Source of the DNA: an uncultured Pseudoflavonifractor sp.
GTDB lineage: Bacteria; Bacillota; Clostridia; Oscillospirales; Oscillospiraceae
Length of the DNA stretch: 33,084 nt
Direction: 5' to 3'
Assembly (NCBI GenBank): GCA_947565875.1
Contig: CANOHR010000001.1
Span: 1 to 33,084, forward strand
Shown: in pieces, positions 18,215-29,780 of the stretch
Numbering within the stretch: position 1 is the first letter of the stretch
How the letters are laid out: every line of letters begins with the position of its first letter
Position numbers and translations under genes: made by a program
Notes under the pieces: model-generated
The model's input: the letters and a program-made list of their open reading frames with translations, nothing else
Database searches by the model: none
What the model was told of the DNA's origin: nothing

Positions 18215-19627
18215 ATGAAAAAAATCAAGCTTTTGCCCGCCCTTCTCAGCGCCGCCATGGTCTTTTCCCTGGCCGCTGTTCCCACCTTTGCGGAGAAAGC
18301 GCCCGGCGCCTTCGGCGATATGGAGGGCCATTGGAGCGCCGAGGCTGTAGAGCGGTGGTCCGAGGCCGGGATCCTGCACGGAGACGAAAACGGCAATTTT
18401 CTGCCGGACAAGGAGATGACCCGCGCCGAGTTTGCCCAAATGCTGGTGAACCTGATGGGGTATCCCGATAAGGCGGAAAACCGATACGCCGACGTCCCCG
18501 CCGACGCCTGGTATGCCGACGCCGTTTTGAAGCTGACTGCCGCCGGGATCATGGAGGGAGATGGCTCCAACGCCATGCCCGACGCCTCCATCAGCCGGGA
18601 GCAAGCCGCCGTACTGCTGTGCCGGGCCCTGAGCCTGGACCCCAGCGCCGATGCCAAGATCCCCTTTGACGACGCAGGACAGGTCTCCGACTGGGCAAAG
18701 GAGGCGGTAGCCGCCCTGTCCGAGCGGGCTATGATTGCGGGAGTGGGGGAAAACAGCTTTGCCCCTGCCCAAAATATTAACCGGGCCAGCGTAGCCCAGA
18801 TGGTAAGCAATATGGTTTCCGACTACGTGACCGAGAATGGCGCTGTCCTTACCGGGGAACGGAAGGGAGTCGTTATCATTGCCGCCAGGGATGTAAAAGT
18901 GGAGAACGCCGACCTTGCCGAGCCTTTGATCCTGGCTCCCAAGGCCGCCGGCGCGGCCGTGACACTGGCCGGAGAGACCCATGCCGCCCAGGTGATCCTG
19001 GCCGCCAGGGGCGGAAAGCTGTCCCTGGAAAAGGAGGCTTCCGCCCAGGCCGTCACCGTGGAAGCCCATGAAGTGGAACTGGCCGTGGCCCAGGGAGGCA
19101 GCATCAACGTCCCCAACCTTCCCCAGCATGGAGAATATTTCTATACCGGTAAGTGGACCTACACTCTGGAGGGAGATACCGCCGTCTATGAGGCCCAGAG
19201 CGGCGACGCCCTTGAGAATGTGGCCGCGGATCTGCTCCTTATTCCCCAGGCTTATGAGGTGAAACAGGCCGCCCCGGCAGAGCTTACCTACACCTGTGAG
19301 GATGACACCCTCCTTATCACGGTGGAGGGAGAGGATACGCTGGTCATGAACACCTATGAGGTGAGCGCCGACGCCGTGAGAGTGGAGGTGGGGATCGAAT
19401 ACACCCAGCCCGAGGGCGCTGCAAAGTTGGCCACCGCCGACACCCTGGAGGGACTGGGTGCCGCCCAGAGCGCCGCCCCCGAGGCCCAGACCTTCTTTGT
19501 ACCCTTTGGTAAGGAGGGGACTTTGACCCGGTACCTGCTGTGGACAGATGAGCAGGGAAAGATCCTGGAGGTGAACAGGGTCACGGTGCGGCTCACCGTG
19601 GATCCCGAAAAGCCGAAGGATATGTAA
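18215..19627 (+). CDS. SLH domain cell-surface protein (mirror copy)
   Basis: Identical translation to 13374-14786. Confidence 0.9.
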   Translation: MKKIKLLPALLSAAMVFSLAAVPTFAEKAPGAFGDMEGHWSAEAVERWSEAGILHGDENGNFLPDKEMTRAEFAQMLVNLMGYPDKAENRYADVPADAWYADAVLKLTAAGIMEGDGSNAMPDASISREQAAVLLCRALSLDPSADAKIPFDDAGQVSDWAKEAVAALSERAMIAGVGENSFAPAQNINRASVAQMVSNMVSDYVTENGAVLTGERKGVVIIAARDVKVENADLAEPLILAPKAAGAAVTLAGETHAAQVILAARGGKLSLEKEASAQAVTVEAHEVELAVAQGGSINVPNLPQHGEYFYTGKWTYTLEGDTAVYEAQSGDALENVAADLLLIPQAYEVKQAAPAELTYTCEDDTLLITVEGEDTLVMNTYEVSADAVRVEVGIEYTQPEGAAKLATADTLEGLGAAQSAAPEAQTFFVPFGKEGTLTRYLLWTDEQGKILEVNRVTVRLTVDPEKPKDM

Positions 19628-19778
19628 GTAAGCCCTAACGTACAACGCAGAGAGCGGCGGCCCTGTTGGGCCGCCGCTCTTTTTGCGGGAAAAGGACAGA
19701 TCAAAGCGCTTTTTCCTTTTCGTTTTCTCCTTTTTGTGGTATACTACATTTACTTTCCATTTTCAGGGGGGCTTCTTT

Positions 19779-21038
19779 ATGTCTCATACCGCCGAACTGA
19801 TCGCCGTGGGGACCGAACTGCTGCTGGGCAATATCGCCAACACCGACGCCCAGATGCTCTCCAAGGAGTTATCCGCCCTGGGGATCAATGTATTTCACCA
19901 CAGCGTGGTAGGGGATAACCCCCAGCGGCTCAAAGAGGTGGTGGAGATCGCCCGGAAGCGCTCCGACCTTATCATAACCACCGGGGGGCTGGGGCCCACC
20001 TGTGATGATCTGACCAAGAACGTACTTGCGGAATGCTTTGGGAAAAAGCTGGTTTACAACCGGGAGGCCGCCCTGCGCCTGGAAGCCTATTTTCGCAAGC
20101 TGCACCCCGAAAGCGGGACCATGACGGAAAATAACTACCAGCAGGCCTTCCTTCCCGAAGGCTGCGTCCCCTTTCAGAACGACTGGGGCACCGCTCCCGG
20201 CTGCGGCTTTGAGGCGGACGGTGTGCGCGTCATTATGCTCCCCGGTCCCCCCAGCGAGTGCGGCCCCATGTTCCGGGAACGGGCGGTCCCCTTCCTACAG
20301 GACTGTACCGAAGGGGCAATCGTCAGCCGGACCCTGCGGATCTTCGGCATGGGGGAATCCGCTGTAGAAGCCCAGCTTCGGGATCAAATGAACGCCATGA
20401 GGAATCCCACTCTGGCCCCCTACGCCAAGGAGGGGGAGGTGGAACTGCGCCTTACTGCCAAGGCGGAGACGGCGGAGACGGCCCAGGCTCTGATCGCCCC
20501 GGCAGAGGCCGCCCTGCGCAAGCGCTTTGGGGATCTGATCTACGGTGTGGACGTTCCCTCTCTGGAACATGTATGCCTGGAACTGCTGAAGGAAAAGGAA
20601 CTTACCGTCTCGGTGGCGGAAAGCTGTACGGGAGGACTGCTGGCCCAGCGGTTTACCGATCTTTCCGGGGCCTCGGCAGCTTTTAAGGGAGGCGTTGTCA
20701 GCTATTGGAGCCAGGTAAAGCACGACGTACTGGCTGTCCCCAACGACCTTTTGTTTCAGTACGGCGCCGTCTCCGAGCCTGCGGCACGGGCCATGGCCGA
20801 GGGGGTGCGGACCCTTACAGGCTCTGACCTGGCCCTGGCCGTTACCGGAGTGGCGGGCCCCGATCCCGACGAGAGAGGAAACCCTGTGGGGCTTGTCTAC
20901 ATAGCCGTGGCAGGACAGGGAGAGACTTATGTTCGGGTGATCCACGCCGCAGGGAGCCGACAGCGGATCCGTTATACCTCCGCCAGCCACGCCTTGGATC
21001 TTTTGCGGCGGCGGCTGGAGGGACTGGAGATGGCTTGA
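19779..21038 (+). CDS. cinA: CinA (mirror copy)
   Basis: Identical translation to 11963-13222. Confidence 0.94.
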   Translation: MSHTAELIAVGTELLLGNIANTDAQMLSKELSALGINVFHHSVVGDNPQRLKEVVEIARKRSDLIITTGGLGPTCDDLTKNVLAECFGKKLVYNREAALRLEAYFRKLHPESGTMTENNYQQAFLPEGCVPFQNDWGTAPGCGFEADGVRVIMLPGPPSECGPMFRERAVPFLQDCTEGAIVSRTLRIFGMGESAVEAQLRDQMNAMRNPTLAPYAKEGEVELRLTAKAETAETAQALIAPAEAALRKRFGDLIYGVDVPSLEHVCLELLKEKELTVSVAESCTGGLLAQRFTDLSGASAAFKGGVVSYWSQVKHDVLAVPNDLLFQYGAVSEPAARAMAEGVRTLTGSDLALAVTGVAGPDPDERGNPVGLVYIAVAGQGETYVRVIHAAGSRQRIRYTSASHALDLLRRRLEGLEMA

Positions 21039-21160
21039 GTGCCCAAAGAGGTCTTTTTTAAAAACCTCCTTCAAACTTTGCCTTTATCTTGACATTTTTC
21101 AGGAAATCGGTTATTCTAAAGTATGATAGACACATAAAATGAGGAATCGAGGGGTCGTAT

Positions 21161-21496
21161 ATGTCTGATTACGCCAGCCGCCGCATTTCCGAAGCGGAAC
21201 TCTCCGTGATGGAGGCCCTTTGGGACACAGGTACGGCTATGACCGCCAAAGATTTGCAGATCACCCTGAAGGAACGCCGGGACTGGGAGCGCACCACCGT
21301 CCGTTCCCTGCTGACCCGGCTCCAGGAAAAGGGTTCGGTGCTGGTGTCCAAAGAGAACGATGTGGCCACCTACACCCCCGCCTTTACTAAAGAAGAGTAT
21401 GGCTGGGACTTGGCCGAGGTGCTGGTCCAGCGGCTCTACGACGGGGACGCCGCCGCTTTGGTGACCACCCTGAGGGCTCACGGCCTGTTGGCCTGA
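21161..21496 (+). CDS. BlaI/MecI/CopY family repressor (mirror copy)
   Basis: Identical translation to 11505-11840. Confidence 0.9.
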   Translation: MSDYASRRISEAELSVMEALWDTGTAMTAKDLQITLKERRDWERTTVRSLLTRLQEKGSVLVSKENDVATYTPAFTKEEYGWDLAEVLVQRLYDGDAAALVTTLRAHGLLA

Positions 21497-21659
21497 TCTG
21501 TCCGGGATCCATAACGGAACGTATTTTTGCAAACAAAAATACGTTCCGTTCTTCTTTTTGTGTATAAAACCGTTGATTTTCCACAGATCAAAGTGTATAA
21601 TACCAGCTTGTGTAAAGATTTTTCTATTTTGGATCACAAAAGATTTGAGGTGCGTGAAT

Positions 21660-23486
21660 TTGCAGAACGAGAAACTACGCAACGTAGCCATCATTGCCCA
21701 CGTAGATCACGGCAAGACTACGCTGGTGGACGAGATGCTCAAGCAGGGTGGTATTTACCGGGAAAACCAGGCTACCGTGGACCGGGTCATGGACTCAGGG
21801 GACCTGGAGCGGGAGAGGGGCATTACCATCCTGGCCAAAAATACCGCCGTTCACTATAAGGACACCAAGATCAATATTGTGGACACCCCGGGCCACGCCG
21901 ACTTTGGCGGTGAGGTGGAGCGGATCCTGAAGATGGTCAACGGCGTCATCCTTTTGGTGGACGCCGCCGAGGGCCCCATGCCCCAGACCCGGTTCGTACT
22001 GAGCCGCGCTTTGGAGCTGGGCCACCGGGTCATTGTGGTGGTCAACAAGATCGACCGGCCCGACCAGCGGATCCACGAGGTAGTGGATGAAGTTTTGGAG
22101 CTTTTGCTGGACCTGGACGCTACCGACGAGCAGCTGGACTCTCCCATGCTCTTCTGCTCCGGTCGGCAAGGGACCGCCAGCTACTCCCCCGACGCCCCCG
22201 GCACCGATCTGACCCCCCTCTTCGACACCATTCTGGACTATATCCCCGCCCCCGAGGCAGACGACAGCGCCCCCTTCCAGATGCTGGTGAGTTCCATTGA
22301 CTACAACGAGTTCGTGGGCCGGATCGCCGTGGGCCGGATCGAGAGGGGCGTTATCCGTCAGAACGATGAGATCGCGGTATGCAACTTCCACTCTCCCGAC
22401 TCTCCTCCCCAGAAGGCCAAGGCCACCGCTATCTACCAGTTTGACGGACTGGGGAAGGTCCCCACTGCCGAGGCTTCCGCCGGTAACATTATTGCCATGA
22501 GCGGCATTGGAGATATCACCATCGGCGACACCATCTGCGCTCCCTCTGCCGTGGAACCCATCGAGTTTGTAAAGATCTCCGCTCCCACCATGGAGATGAC
22601 CTTCTCGGTGAACGACTCCCCCTTCGCCGGGCGGGAAGGCAAGTTCGTCACCTCCCGGCAGCTTCGGGAGCGGCTGTTCCGGGAGACGCTGAAGGACGTG
22701 TCCCTCCGGGTAAGCGAGGTGGAAAACTCCACCGACTCCTTTAACGTAGCCGGTCGGGGAGAGATGAGCCTTTCTATCCTTATGGAGACCATGCGCCGGG
22801 AGGGCTATGAGTTTCAGGTCTCTCCCCCCCGGGTCCTTTTCCAGGAGATCGACGGCAAGAAGTGCGAGCCCATCGAGCGCCTGGTGGTAGACGTGCCCGC
22901 CGACTGCGTAGGCAGCGTCATTGAGGCCATCGGTAAGCGGAAGGGGGACATGCTGGACATGACCCCCGTGGGCGACCGGATGAAGGTCCAGTTCCTGGTT
23001 CCCTCCCGGGGCCTTTTCGGCTACCGCAATGAGTTTTTGACCGCCACCAAGGGAGAGGGCATCATGGCCTCTGTCTTTGAAGAGTACGCTCCCATGAAGG
23101 GGGAGATCGCCCGGCGGAATACCGGGAGCCTGGTGGCCTTTGAAACGGGCGAGGCGGTGACCTACGGCCTCTTCAACGCCCAGGAGCGGGGCGCCCTCTT
23201 TATCGGGGCGGGCACCCCCGTCTACGCGGGCATGATCGTGGGCGAGTGCCCCAAGCAGGAGGACATTTCGGTAAACGTCTGTAAGAAAAAGCAGCTGACC
23301 AACATGCGGGCTTCCGGCTCCGACGACGCTCTCCGGCTGGTACCCCCCCGCCAGATGAGTCTGGAACAGGACCTGGAGTTCCTGGCCGACGACGAGCTTT
23401 TGGAGTGTACCCCGGAAAACCTCCGCCTCCGCAAGCGCATCCTGGACCATAGCGCCCGGATGCGGGAAGCCAGCAAGAAGAAATAA
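21660..23486 (+). CDS. typA: TypA/BipA GTPase (mirror copy)
   Basis: Identical translation to 9515-11341. Confidence 0.97.
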   Translation: MQNEKLRNVAIIAHVDHGKTTLVDEMLKQGGIYRENQATVDRVMDSGDLERERGITILAKNTAVHYKDTKINIVDTPGHADFGGEVERILKMVNGVILLVDAAEGPMPQTRFVLSRALELGHRVIVVVNKIDRPDQRIHEVVDEVLELLLDLDATDEQLDSPMLFCSGRQGTASYSPDAPGTDLTPLFDTILDYIPAPEADDSAPFQMLVSSIDYNEFVGRIAVGRIERGVIRQNDEIAVCNFHSPDSPPQKAKATAIYQFDGLGKVPTAEASAGNIIAMSGIGDITIGDTICAPSAVEPIEFVKISAPTMEMTFSVNDSPFAGREGKFVTSRQLRERLFRETLKDVSLRVSEVENSTDSFNVAGRGEMSLSILMETMRREGYEFQVSPPRVLFQEIDGKKCEPIERLVVDVPADCVGSVIEAIGKRKGDMLDMTPVGDRMKVQFLVPSRGLFGYRNEFLTATKGEGIMASVFEEYAPMKGEIARRNTGSLVAFETGEAVTYGLFNAQERGALFIGAGTPVYAGMIVGECPKQEDISVNVCKKKQLTNMRASGSDDALRLVPPRQMSLEQDLEFLADDELLECTPENLRLRKRILDHSARMREASKKK

Positions 23487-23500
23487 GGGAGGACCCTGGG

Positions 23501-23878
23501 ATGAATAAGACCATTGCCACTTCCGTAGCCCCCGCAGCGGTAGGCCCCTATTGCCAGGCCAAGCTGTGCGGCAATACTCTCTACACCTCCGGCCAACTGG
23601 GGCTTGTCCCCACCACCGGCAAGCTGGCCGAGGGAGGCGTTGAGGCCCAGGCCCGACAGGCCCTGGAAAACATCGGAGCCGTTTTGCGTGAGGCGGGCAT
23701 GGACTACGGCGACGTAGCCAAGACCACCTGCTTCCTGGCGGACATTGGAGATTTTGCCGCCTTCAACGGCGTCTACGCCCAATTTTTCCAGGGAGAGGTC
23801 CCCGCCCGGTCCTGCTTTCAGGTAGCCGCCCTTCCCCTGGGGGCTTTGGTGGAGATCGAGTGCATTGCGGTAAAATAA
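23501..23878 (+). CDS. ridA: RidA family deaminase (mirror copy)
   Basis: Identical translation to 9123-9500. Confidence 0.92.
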   Translation: MNKTIATSVAPAAVGPYCQAKLCGNTLYTSGQLGLVPTTGKLAEGGVEAQARQALENIGAVLREAGMDYGDVAKTTCFLADIGDFAAFNGVYAQFFQGEVPARSCFQVAALPLGALVEIECIAVK

Positions 23879-23965
23879 GATCAGATCATGAAAAAGCTCC
23901 CCGCCGTTGGCGGGGAGCTTTTTCAGCGTCTATTTTATTTTTAGGGCAGTACAGGGCCAAAGACC

Positions 23966-24027
23966 GGGCGGATGATATCCGACGCCTGCGTTTATTAAGA
24001 CCGTAGGGCGGGACGCCCTGGCCCGCC
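23966..24027. repeat. REP-like hairpins (mirror of 8974-9035)
   Basis: GTAGGGCGGGACGCCCTGGCCCGCC on + strand from 24003. Confidence 0.65.
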
Positions 24028-24069
24028 GCCCTGTCTGGTGCCTCATTATAGCGCCGATACCGGCAGCGA

Positions 24070-25233
24070 TCATACAGTTCTCTTTAAAAGCCTCTCATGT
24101 CCAAAGGCCATCAGGGCCAGCAGCGCCAGCAGGAAAAAGGGCAGCAGCCCCGCCCCCACATGGTTCGCCAGCACCCCAAATAGGGGAGGCATCAGGCAGG
24201 AGCCCACATAGGCGCTTGCCATCTGGACCCCGATGATGGCCTGGCTCCGCTCCGCGCCGAAGAAGGCGGGGGTGGAGTGAATAATGCTGGGATAAATGGG
24301 GGCACAGCCCAGCCCTACCAAAACAAGACCCACCACCGCCATCCCCGGCCCCACCGGGATCAGCAAGGCGGCGGCTCCCACCAGGATGATAACCTGGCCC
24401 AGCCGGATCATCTGGTGGTCCCCCAGCTTAAAGGTGATGAAGCCGGCCACCGCCCGGCCCAGGGTAATGCCCAGATAAAACATTCCCGCGTAGCCCGCCG
24501 CCCGCTCCGCCTCCACGCCCCACTCCAGGGTCAGGTAGCTTCCCGCCCAAAGGCCCGCTCCCGACTCCAAAGCGCAATAGCAAAAAAATATGGCGATGAT
24601 CGCCCGAACTCCGGGGATGGCAAAGATCTCTTTCAGAGAAATGGGCCGGTCCGCCCCGTTTTCCTTTCCCTCGGCCCTCTCCTCTCCTTTTCCTTTCCAC
24701 AGGGGAAGGGTAAACACCAGCAGTGCGGTAAGAAAGATCTGAACAAGGGCGATGATCCGGTAGCCCATATTCCACCCCAGGCCTCCGGTGAGGGCCCAGC
24801 CCATGATATAAGGCCCTGTGGTGGCTCCGATCCCCCACATACAGTGAAGCCAACTCATATGGCGGCTGGCGTAATGGAGGGCCACATAGTTATTAAGGGC
24901 GGCGTCCACGCTTCCGGCCCCCAGCCCGTAGGGGATGGCCCACAGGCAGAGCATCCAGAAGGAGCCGCTGACGGAAAAGCCCCAAAGAGCCGCCGCGGTA
25001 AGTCCCACGCTGACAGCGGTGACCTTTCCCGGCCCAAAGCGGTGGGTCAGCCGGTCGCTTTGGAGACTGGACACAATGGTCCCCAGGGAGATGATCATGG
25101 AAATGGCCCCGGCGTAGGACACCGGCACCCCAAACTGGGGATACATGGTGGGCCAGGCCGCGCCCAAAAGGGCGTCGGGCAGGCCCAGACTGATAAAGGA
25201 CAAATAGATCATGACCAAAAGAAGATGGATCAT
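24070..25233 (-). CDS. MFS transporter (mirror copy)
   Basis: Identical translation to 7768-8931. Confidence 0.88.
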   Translation of the reverse strand: MIHLLLVMIYLSFISLGLPDALLGAAWPTMYPQFGVPVSYAGAISMIISLGTIVSSLQSDRLTHRFGPGKVTAVSVGLTAAALWGFSVSGSFWMLCLWAIPYGLGAGSVDAALNNYVALHYASRHMSWLHCMWGIGATTGPYIMGWALTGGLGWNMGYRIIALVQIFLTALLVFTLPLWKGKGEERAEGKENGADRPISLKEIFAIPGVRAIIAIFFCYCALESGAGLWAGSYLTLEWGVEAERAAGYAGMFYLGITLGRAVAGFITFKLGDHQMIRLGQVIILVGAAALLIPVGPGMAVVGLVLVGLGCAPIYPSIIHSTPAFFGAERSQAIIGVQMASAYVGSCLMPPLFGVLANHVGAGLLPFFLLALLALMAFGHERLLKRTV

Positions 25234-25370
25234 AGGGGTTCCCCTTTCTGTTTTTGCCAAAAAATTATACCATTTCAGGATCCCCGCGGTAAGACGAAAA
25301 GGCCCGGAGTCCTTGGACCGGCACTTATATAAAGTAGCTGGTCAAAAACTCCGGGCACCACTTTGAAAAA

Positions 25371-26816
25371 TCAGTCGGGCACCACCGGGACCGCGTCGGC
25401 GGGGGTGGGGCAGGTGTAGCCTTCGGCGGTGGCTTTTTCAAACTCCGCCCGGGCCTTTTGAAGAAGCTCCGGCTTCTCCAGAAGATCGATAGCCCCCAAA
25501 GCCATGACCTTTCCGGCATGGACCGCGGCCTTGTGACCGATGGAGGTGCCGCCTACCGATACGTTCTGCCAGCTGTGGCCGGGGGCGCCGTTGGCAAACA
25601 CTGCCACATGGACCTGGGCGGTGGGGGTGAGCCAGCTTACATCCCCCACGTCGGTGGAGCCGGGCTCAAATGCCTCCCCCTGGTAGAGAGGCAGAAGAAA
25701 GTCGTTGATGGCGTGGCCGCTCTTTTTCCGAAGGGCCTTTACCTCTTCGGCAATGGCGGGGTCGTTCTTGGCTCCCGTACCGGGGAGAAAGGTATCACCG
25801 CCGGGATAGGTCTTGCCCAGGGCGTCGATGTAGGCATACTCCTCGTCGGTATAGGTGGGAACGCCAATGGCCTGAAAGTTTTCGTAAAGGACGCTTTCCA
25901 GGGTGTGATTGGGGACCGTGTCGGCCAGGCCGTCAATAAACTTCTTTTCAAAGGTGGTCCCCGTCATAAGGGCGGCGCCCTTGGCAATGTCGTCCACCCG
26001 CTTCTGAAGTTCCACCGCTTCAGAGACATGGTTGGAGCGGACCATATAGAGAACGCTGGCCTTGGGCTGGACCACGTTGGGGCTCCGTCCGCCGGCGTCG
26101 GTGATGGCGTAGTGGATCCGGGCCTTAGAGGACATATGCTCCCGGAGGAACTGGACCCCCACGTTCATCAGTTCCACCGCGTCCAGGGCGCTGCGGCCCA
26201 TCTCCGGGTCTCCGGCGGCGTGGGAGGCGATGCCGTGGAAGACATACTGGGTCTGAATGCAGGAGTTGGAGGAGCCGGTCTCTACCTCGTTTCCATCGGA
26301 GGGGTGCCAGGTGATGGCGGCGTCCAGGCTCTTCCACAGGCCGTCCCTCGCCATAAAGGCCTTGGCGGCGCCCCCCTCTTCGCCGGGACAGCCGTAGAGG
26401 GTAACGGTGCCGGGGGTGTGGGTCTCTTCCAGATAGGCCTTCAGCCCCAGAATGGCAGCCAGGGCTCCGGCACCCAGCATGTTGTGGCCGCAGCCGTGAC
26501 CGCAGCCTCCCGCCTCCACCTCCTCCTTCTGAAGGCCTCCCGCCTTTTGGGACAGGCCCGAGAGGGCGTCGTACTCGGCCAGGATGCCGATGTGGGGCTT
26601 GCCGCTTCCAAAGGAGGCGGCAAAGGCGGTGGGGATATTGCAGATCCCCTTTTCCACCGCGAAGCCCTCCTTCTCCAGGACAGCGCAAAACTTTTCCGCC
26701 GACTTGAATTCCATCAGGGAAAGCTCGGCATATCCCCAGACGGCGTCGGAGACCTCTGCCACCAGAGCAGCCTTGGCGTCGATGGCGTCAAGGGCAAGCT
26801 GCTTGTTTTTATCCAT
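25371..26816 (-). CDS. M20 amidohydrolase, AbgB-like (mirror copy)
   Basis: Identical translation to 6185-7630. Confidence 0.88.
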   Translation of the reverse strand: MDKNKQLALDAIDAKAALVAEVSDAVWGYAELSLMEFKSAEKFCAVLEKEGFAVEKGICNIPTAFAASFGSGKPHIGILAEYDALSGLSQKAGGLQKEEVEAGGCGHGCGHNMLGAGALAAILGLKAYLEETHTPGTVTLYGCPGEEGGAAKAFMARDGLWKSLDAAITWHPSDGNEVETGSSNSCIQTQYVFHGIASHAAGDPEMGRSALDAVELMNVGVQFLREHMSSKARIHYAITDAGGRSPNVVQPKASVLYMVRSNHVSEAVELQKRVDDIAKGAALMTGTTFEKKFIDGLADTVPNHTLESVLYENFQAIGVPTYTDEEYAYIDALGKTYPGGDTFLPGTGAKNDPAIAEEVKALRKKSGHAINDFLLPLYQGEAFEPGSTDVGDVSWLTPTAQVHVAVFANGAPGHSWQNVSVGGTSIGHKAAVHAGKVMALGAIDLLEKPELLQKARAEFEKATAEGYTCPTPADAVPVVPD

Positions 26817-26840
26817 AGGGAAACACTCCTTTGGAAATTG

Positions 26841-26982
26841 GACGGTTCATGAACCGTCTCTGCAAAGAATACGCCTCTGTTGGGTGGGTGATCCCGCACC
26901 CAGGGCGCGCCGAGGCGTCGCGCCCTACAAAATATATTTTGGTGTCCCTTTTCCTGTAGGGCGTGACGCCCTCGGCACGCCC
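26841..26982. repeat. REP-like cluster (mirror of 6019-6160)
   Basis: Reverse complement of 6019-6160. Confidence 0.75.
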
Positions 26983-26983
26983 T

Positions 26984-27758
<775 letters not shown>

Positions 27759-27775
<17 letters not shown>

Positions 27776-28568
27776 GGCGCATCCTCCTCTCTACATAGGC
27801 GATGAGCTTGCTGGTGGGGAAGCACAAACAGAAGTAGATCCCCGCGGCCACGATCAGCGGCTCCATAATAATGTAGGTGGCTCCCTTTACCGCGTTGACA
27901 GCGGCCATAATGTCGGCTACGCCGATGGTCCAGACGATGGCGGACTCCTTGATAATGGTGACGAACTCGTTGGCAATGGCGGGCAGGATGTTCTTCAGAG
28001 CCTGGGGCATGATGATGTAACGCAGGTTCTGAAGCTGCTTGAGGCCCAAGGACCGGGCCGCCTCGGTCTGGCCCCCGTCCACCGACTGCATTCCGGAGCG
28101 GATGATCTCGCACAGATAGGCCGCTGAGTTGATGCCCAGGGTCATGGCGCCGGGGAAAAACCGGTTGAAGGCGATAAAGCCAAAGAGCTTGAAGGTGGGC
28201 AGCTTAATGGCGTTGAAGACGCCGTAGTAGATGATCCAGATCTGGACCAGAACGGGGGTGGAGCGGATGATCTCCACATAGGCGGTGGCTAAAAAGCTGA
28301 AGGGATTGAAGCGGCCCACATGGTAAAGAAGACCGGAATCCAGCTTCATCCCCTCCCTGTCCCGCTCAAAAAAGCCAAAGACCTTGGGAAAGGCGTGGGA
28401 GAGCATGAGGAAGGGGCGGAAATTGCTCATGCGCATCACCGCCAGCACCAGGGCCAGGGCAAAGCCGATGAGTACAGTACACAGAGAGAGCAGAACGGTA
28501 ACGCCGACGCCCTCCTTAAACATCTGTAAAAAGGGTAGGATCCTGGGAAAATTATCGAGTTTGATCAT
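27759..28568 (-). CDS. Polar amino-acid ABC permease (mirror copy)
   Basis: Identical translation to 4433-5242. Confidence 0.92.
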
Positions 28569-28660
28569 GGGCGGCTTTCTCCTTTCGCTTCCAAGCCGGA
28601 ATAAGCCGATCCCTCCCCGGATGGGCAGGGGAGGGATCGGAAACAAGCATCCTTCAGGCT

Positions 28661-29602
28661 TTAGTCCTGGGTCTTGCCGTCGGCGTCCAGCAGGCCCTCG
28701 TACACATTGCCGGAGGCCAGCTCGTTGGCCTCGGCCACGAACTTGTCCATGCTGCCGTCTTCCATGGCGGCCTTCACCGCCAGGTTCACCGCCGCCAGAA
28801 GGGCGGGATTGTCCTTCTGTACGCCGATGGCGGAGCCGGCGGCCGCCTCATAGGGCACATCCAGCGCCACGCAGAGGTCGGGGTAGTTGGTCTTGTAGCT
28901 CTCGGCTACGGCGGTCTCGATGTAAGCGCCGTCCAGCTTGCCCGCCAGAAGCTCGGCAATGATGTCGGTGACCTTGGCCAGCTGGACCTGGGTGGAGTCG
29001 GGGCTGTTGGTCTGCATCAGGTCCACCTGGATGGAGCCGGTCTGGGCGCCGATCTCATACTCAGGCTTGTTGGTGGAGGCCAGATCCGGGAACAGGTCCT
29101 TGTTGGACTCCAAGCAGCAGAAGGACTGGCCGCCCAGATAATAGATCTCGGAAAAGTCCATGATGCCATCCCGCTTGGGGTCGGGGGAGAGGCCCGCCAT
29201 GCCCAGGTCGGAGGACTTGTTCTGAAGCTCCATCAGTACGCCGTCAAAGTCGATGGGCACGATCTCCAGTTCCAGGCCCAGATAATCGGCCACATACTGG
29301 GCAAGGCCCATGTCAAAGCCGGCAATGTGGGGATCCCCGGCCTCATCAATGGCGTAGAACTCGTAAGGGGCAAAGTCGGGGCTGGTAGCCACGGTGAGCT
29401 TGCCGTCGGTGACGGTCTTGAGAAGGGGCTTCAACTCCTCGATGGTCATCTCATTGTAGTCCTTTTCCACCGGACCGCTCTCCACGGGAGCGGCGCTCTC
29501 AGGAGCAGGGGTGGTGTCGGCTCCACCGCCGCAGGCGGTGAGCAGGGACAGACTCATAACGGTGGCCAGGGCCAGAGCCCCGATCTTCTTCCAATTTTTC
29601 AT
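28661..29602 (-). CDS. Amino-acid binding lipoprotein paralog 2 (mirror copy)
   Basis: Identical translation to 3399-4340. Confidence 0.92.
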   Translation of the reverse strand: MKNWKKIGALALATVMSLSLLTACGGGADTTPAPESAAPVESGPVEKDYNEMTIEELKPLLKTVTDGKLTVATSPDFAPYEFYAIDEAGDPHIAGFDMGLAQYVADYLGLELEIVPIDFDGVLMELQNKSSDLGMAGLSPDPKRDGIMDFSEIYYLGGQSFCCLESNKDLFPDLASTNKPEYEIGAQTGSIQVDLMQTNSPDSTQVQLAKVTDIIAELLAGKLDGAYIETAVAESYKTNYPDLCVALDVPYEAAAGSAIGVQKDNPALLAAVNLAVKAAMEDGSMDKFVAEANELASGNVYEGLLDADGKTQD

Positions 29603-29780
29603 TTCCAATGCTTCCTTTCCTCTTGGATGTATGTATAATTATACGCATGAGAGAGTGGGGATGCAACCCTTTTTTCTCAGTTATACTATACAAAATGCAG
29701 GACTACTGTCTATCTTTTCTGTGATAAACGATCAACTTTATATATCAGACATGAATACTTGCTTGCATATTCTATATTTT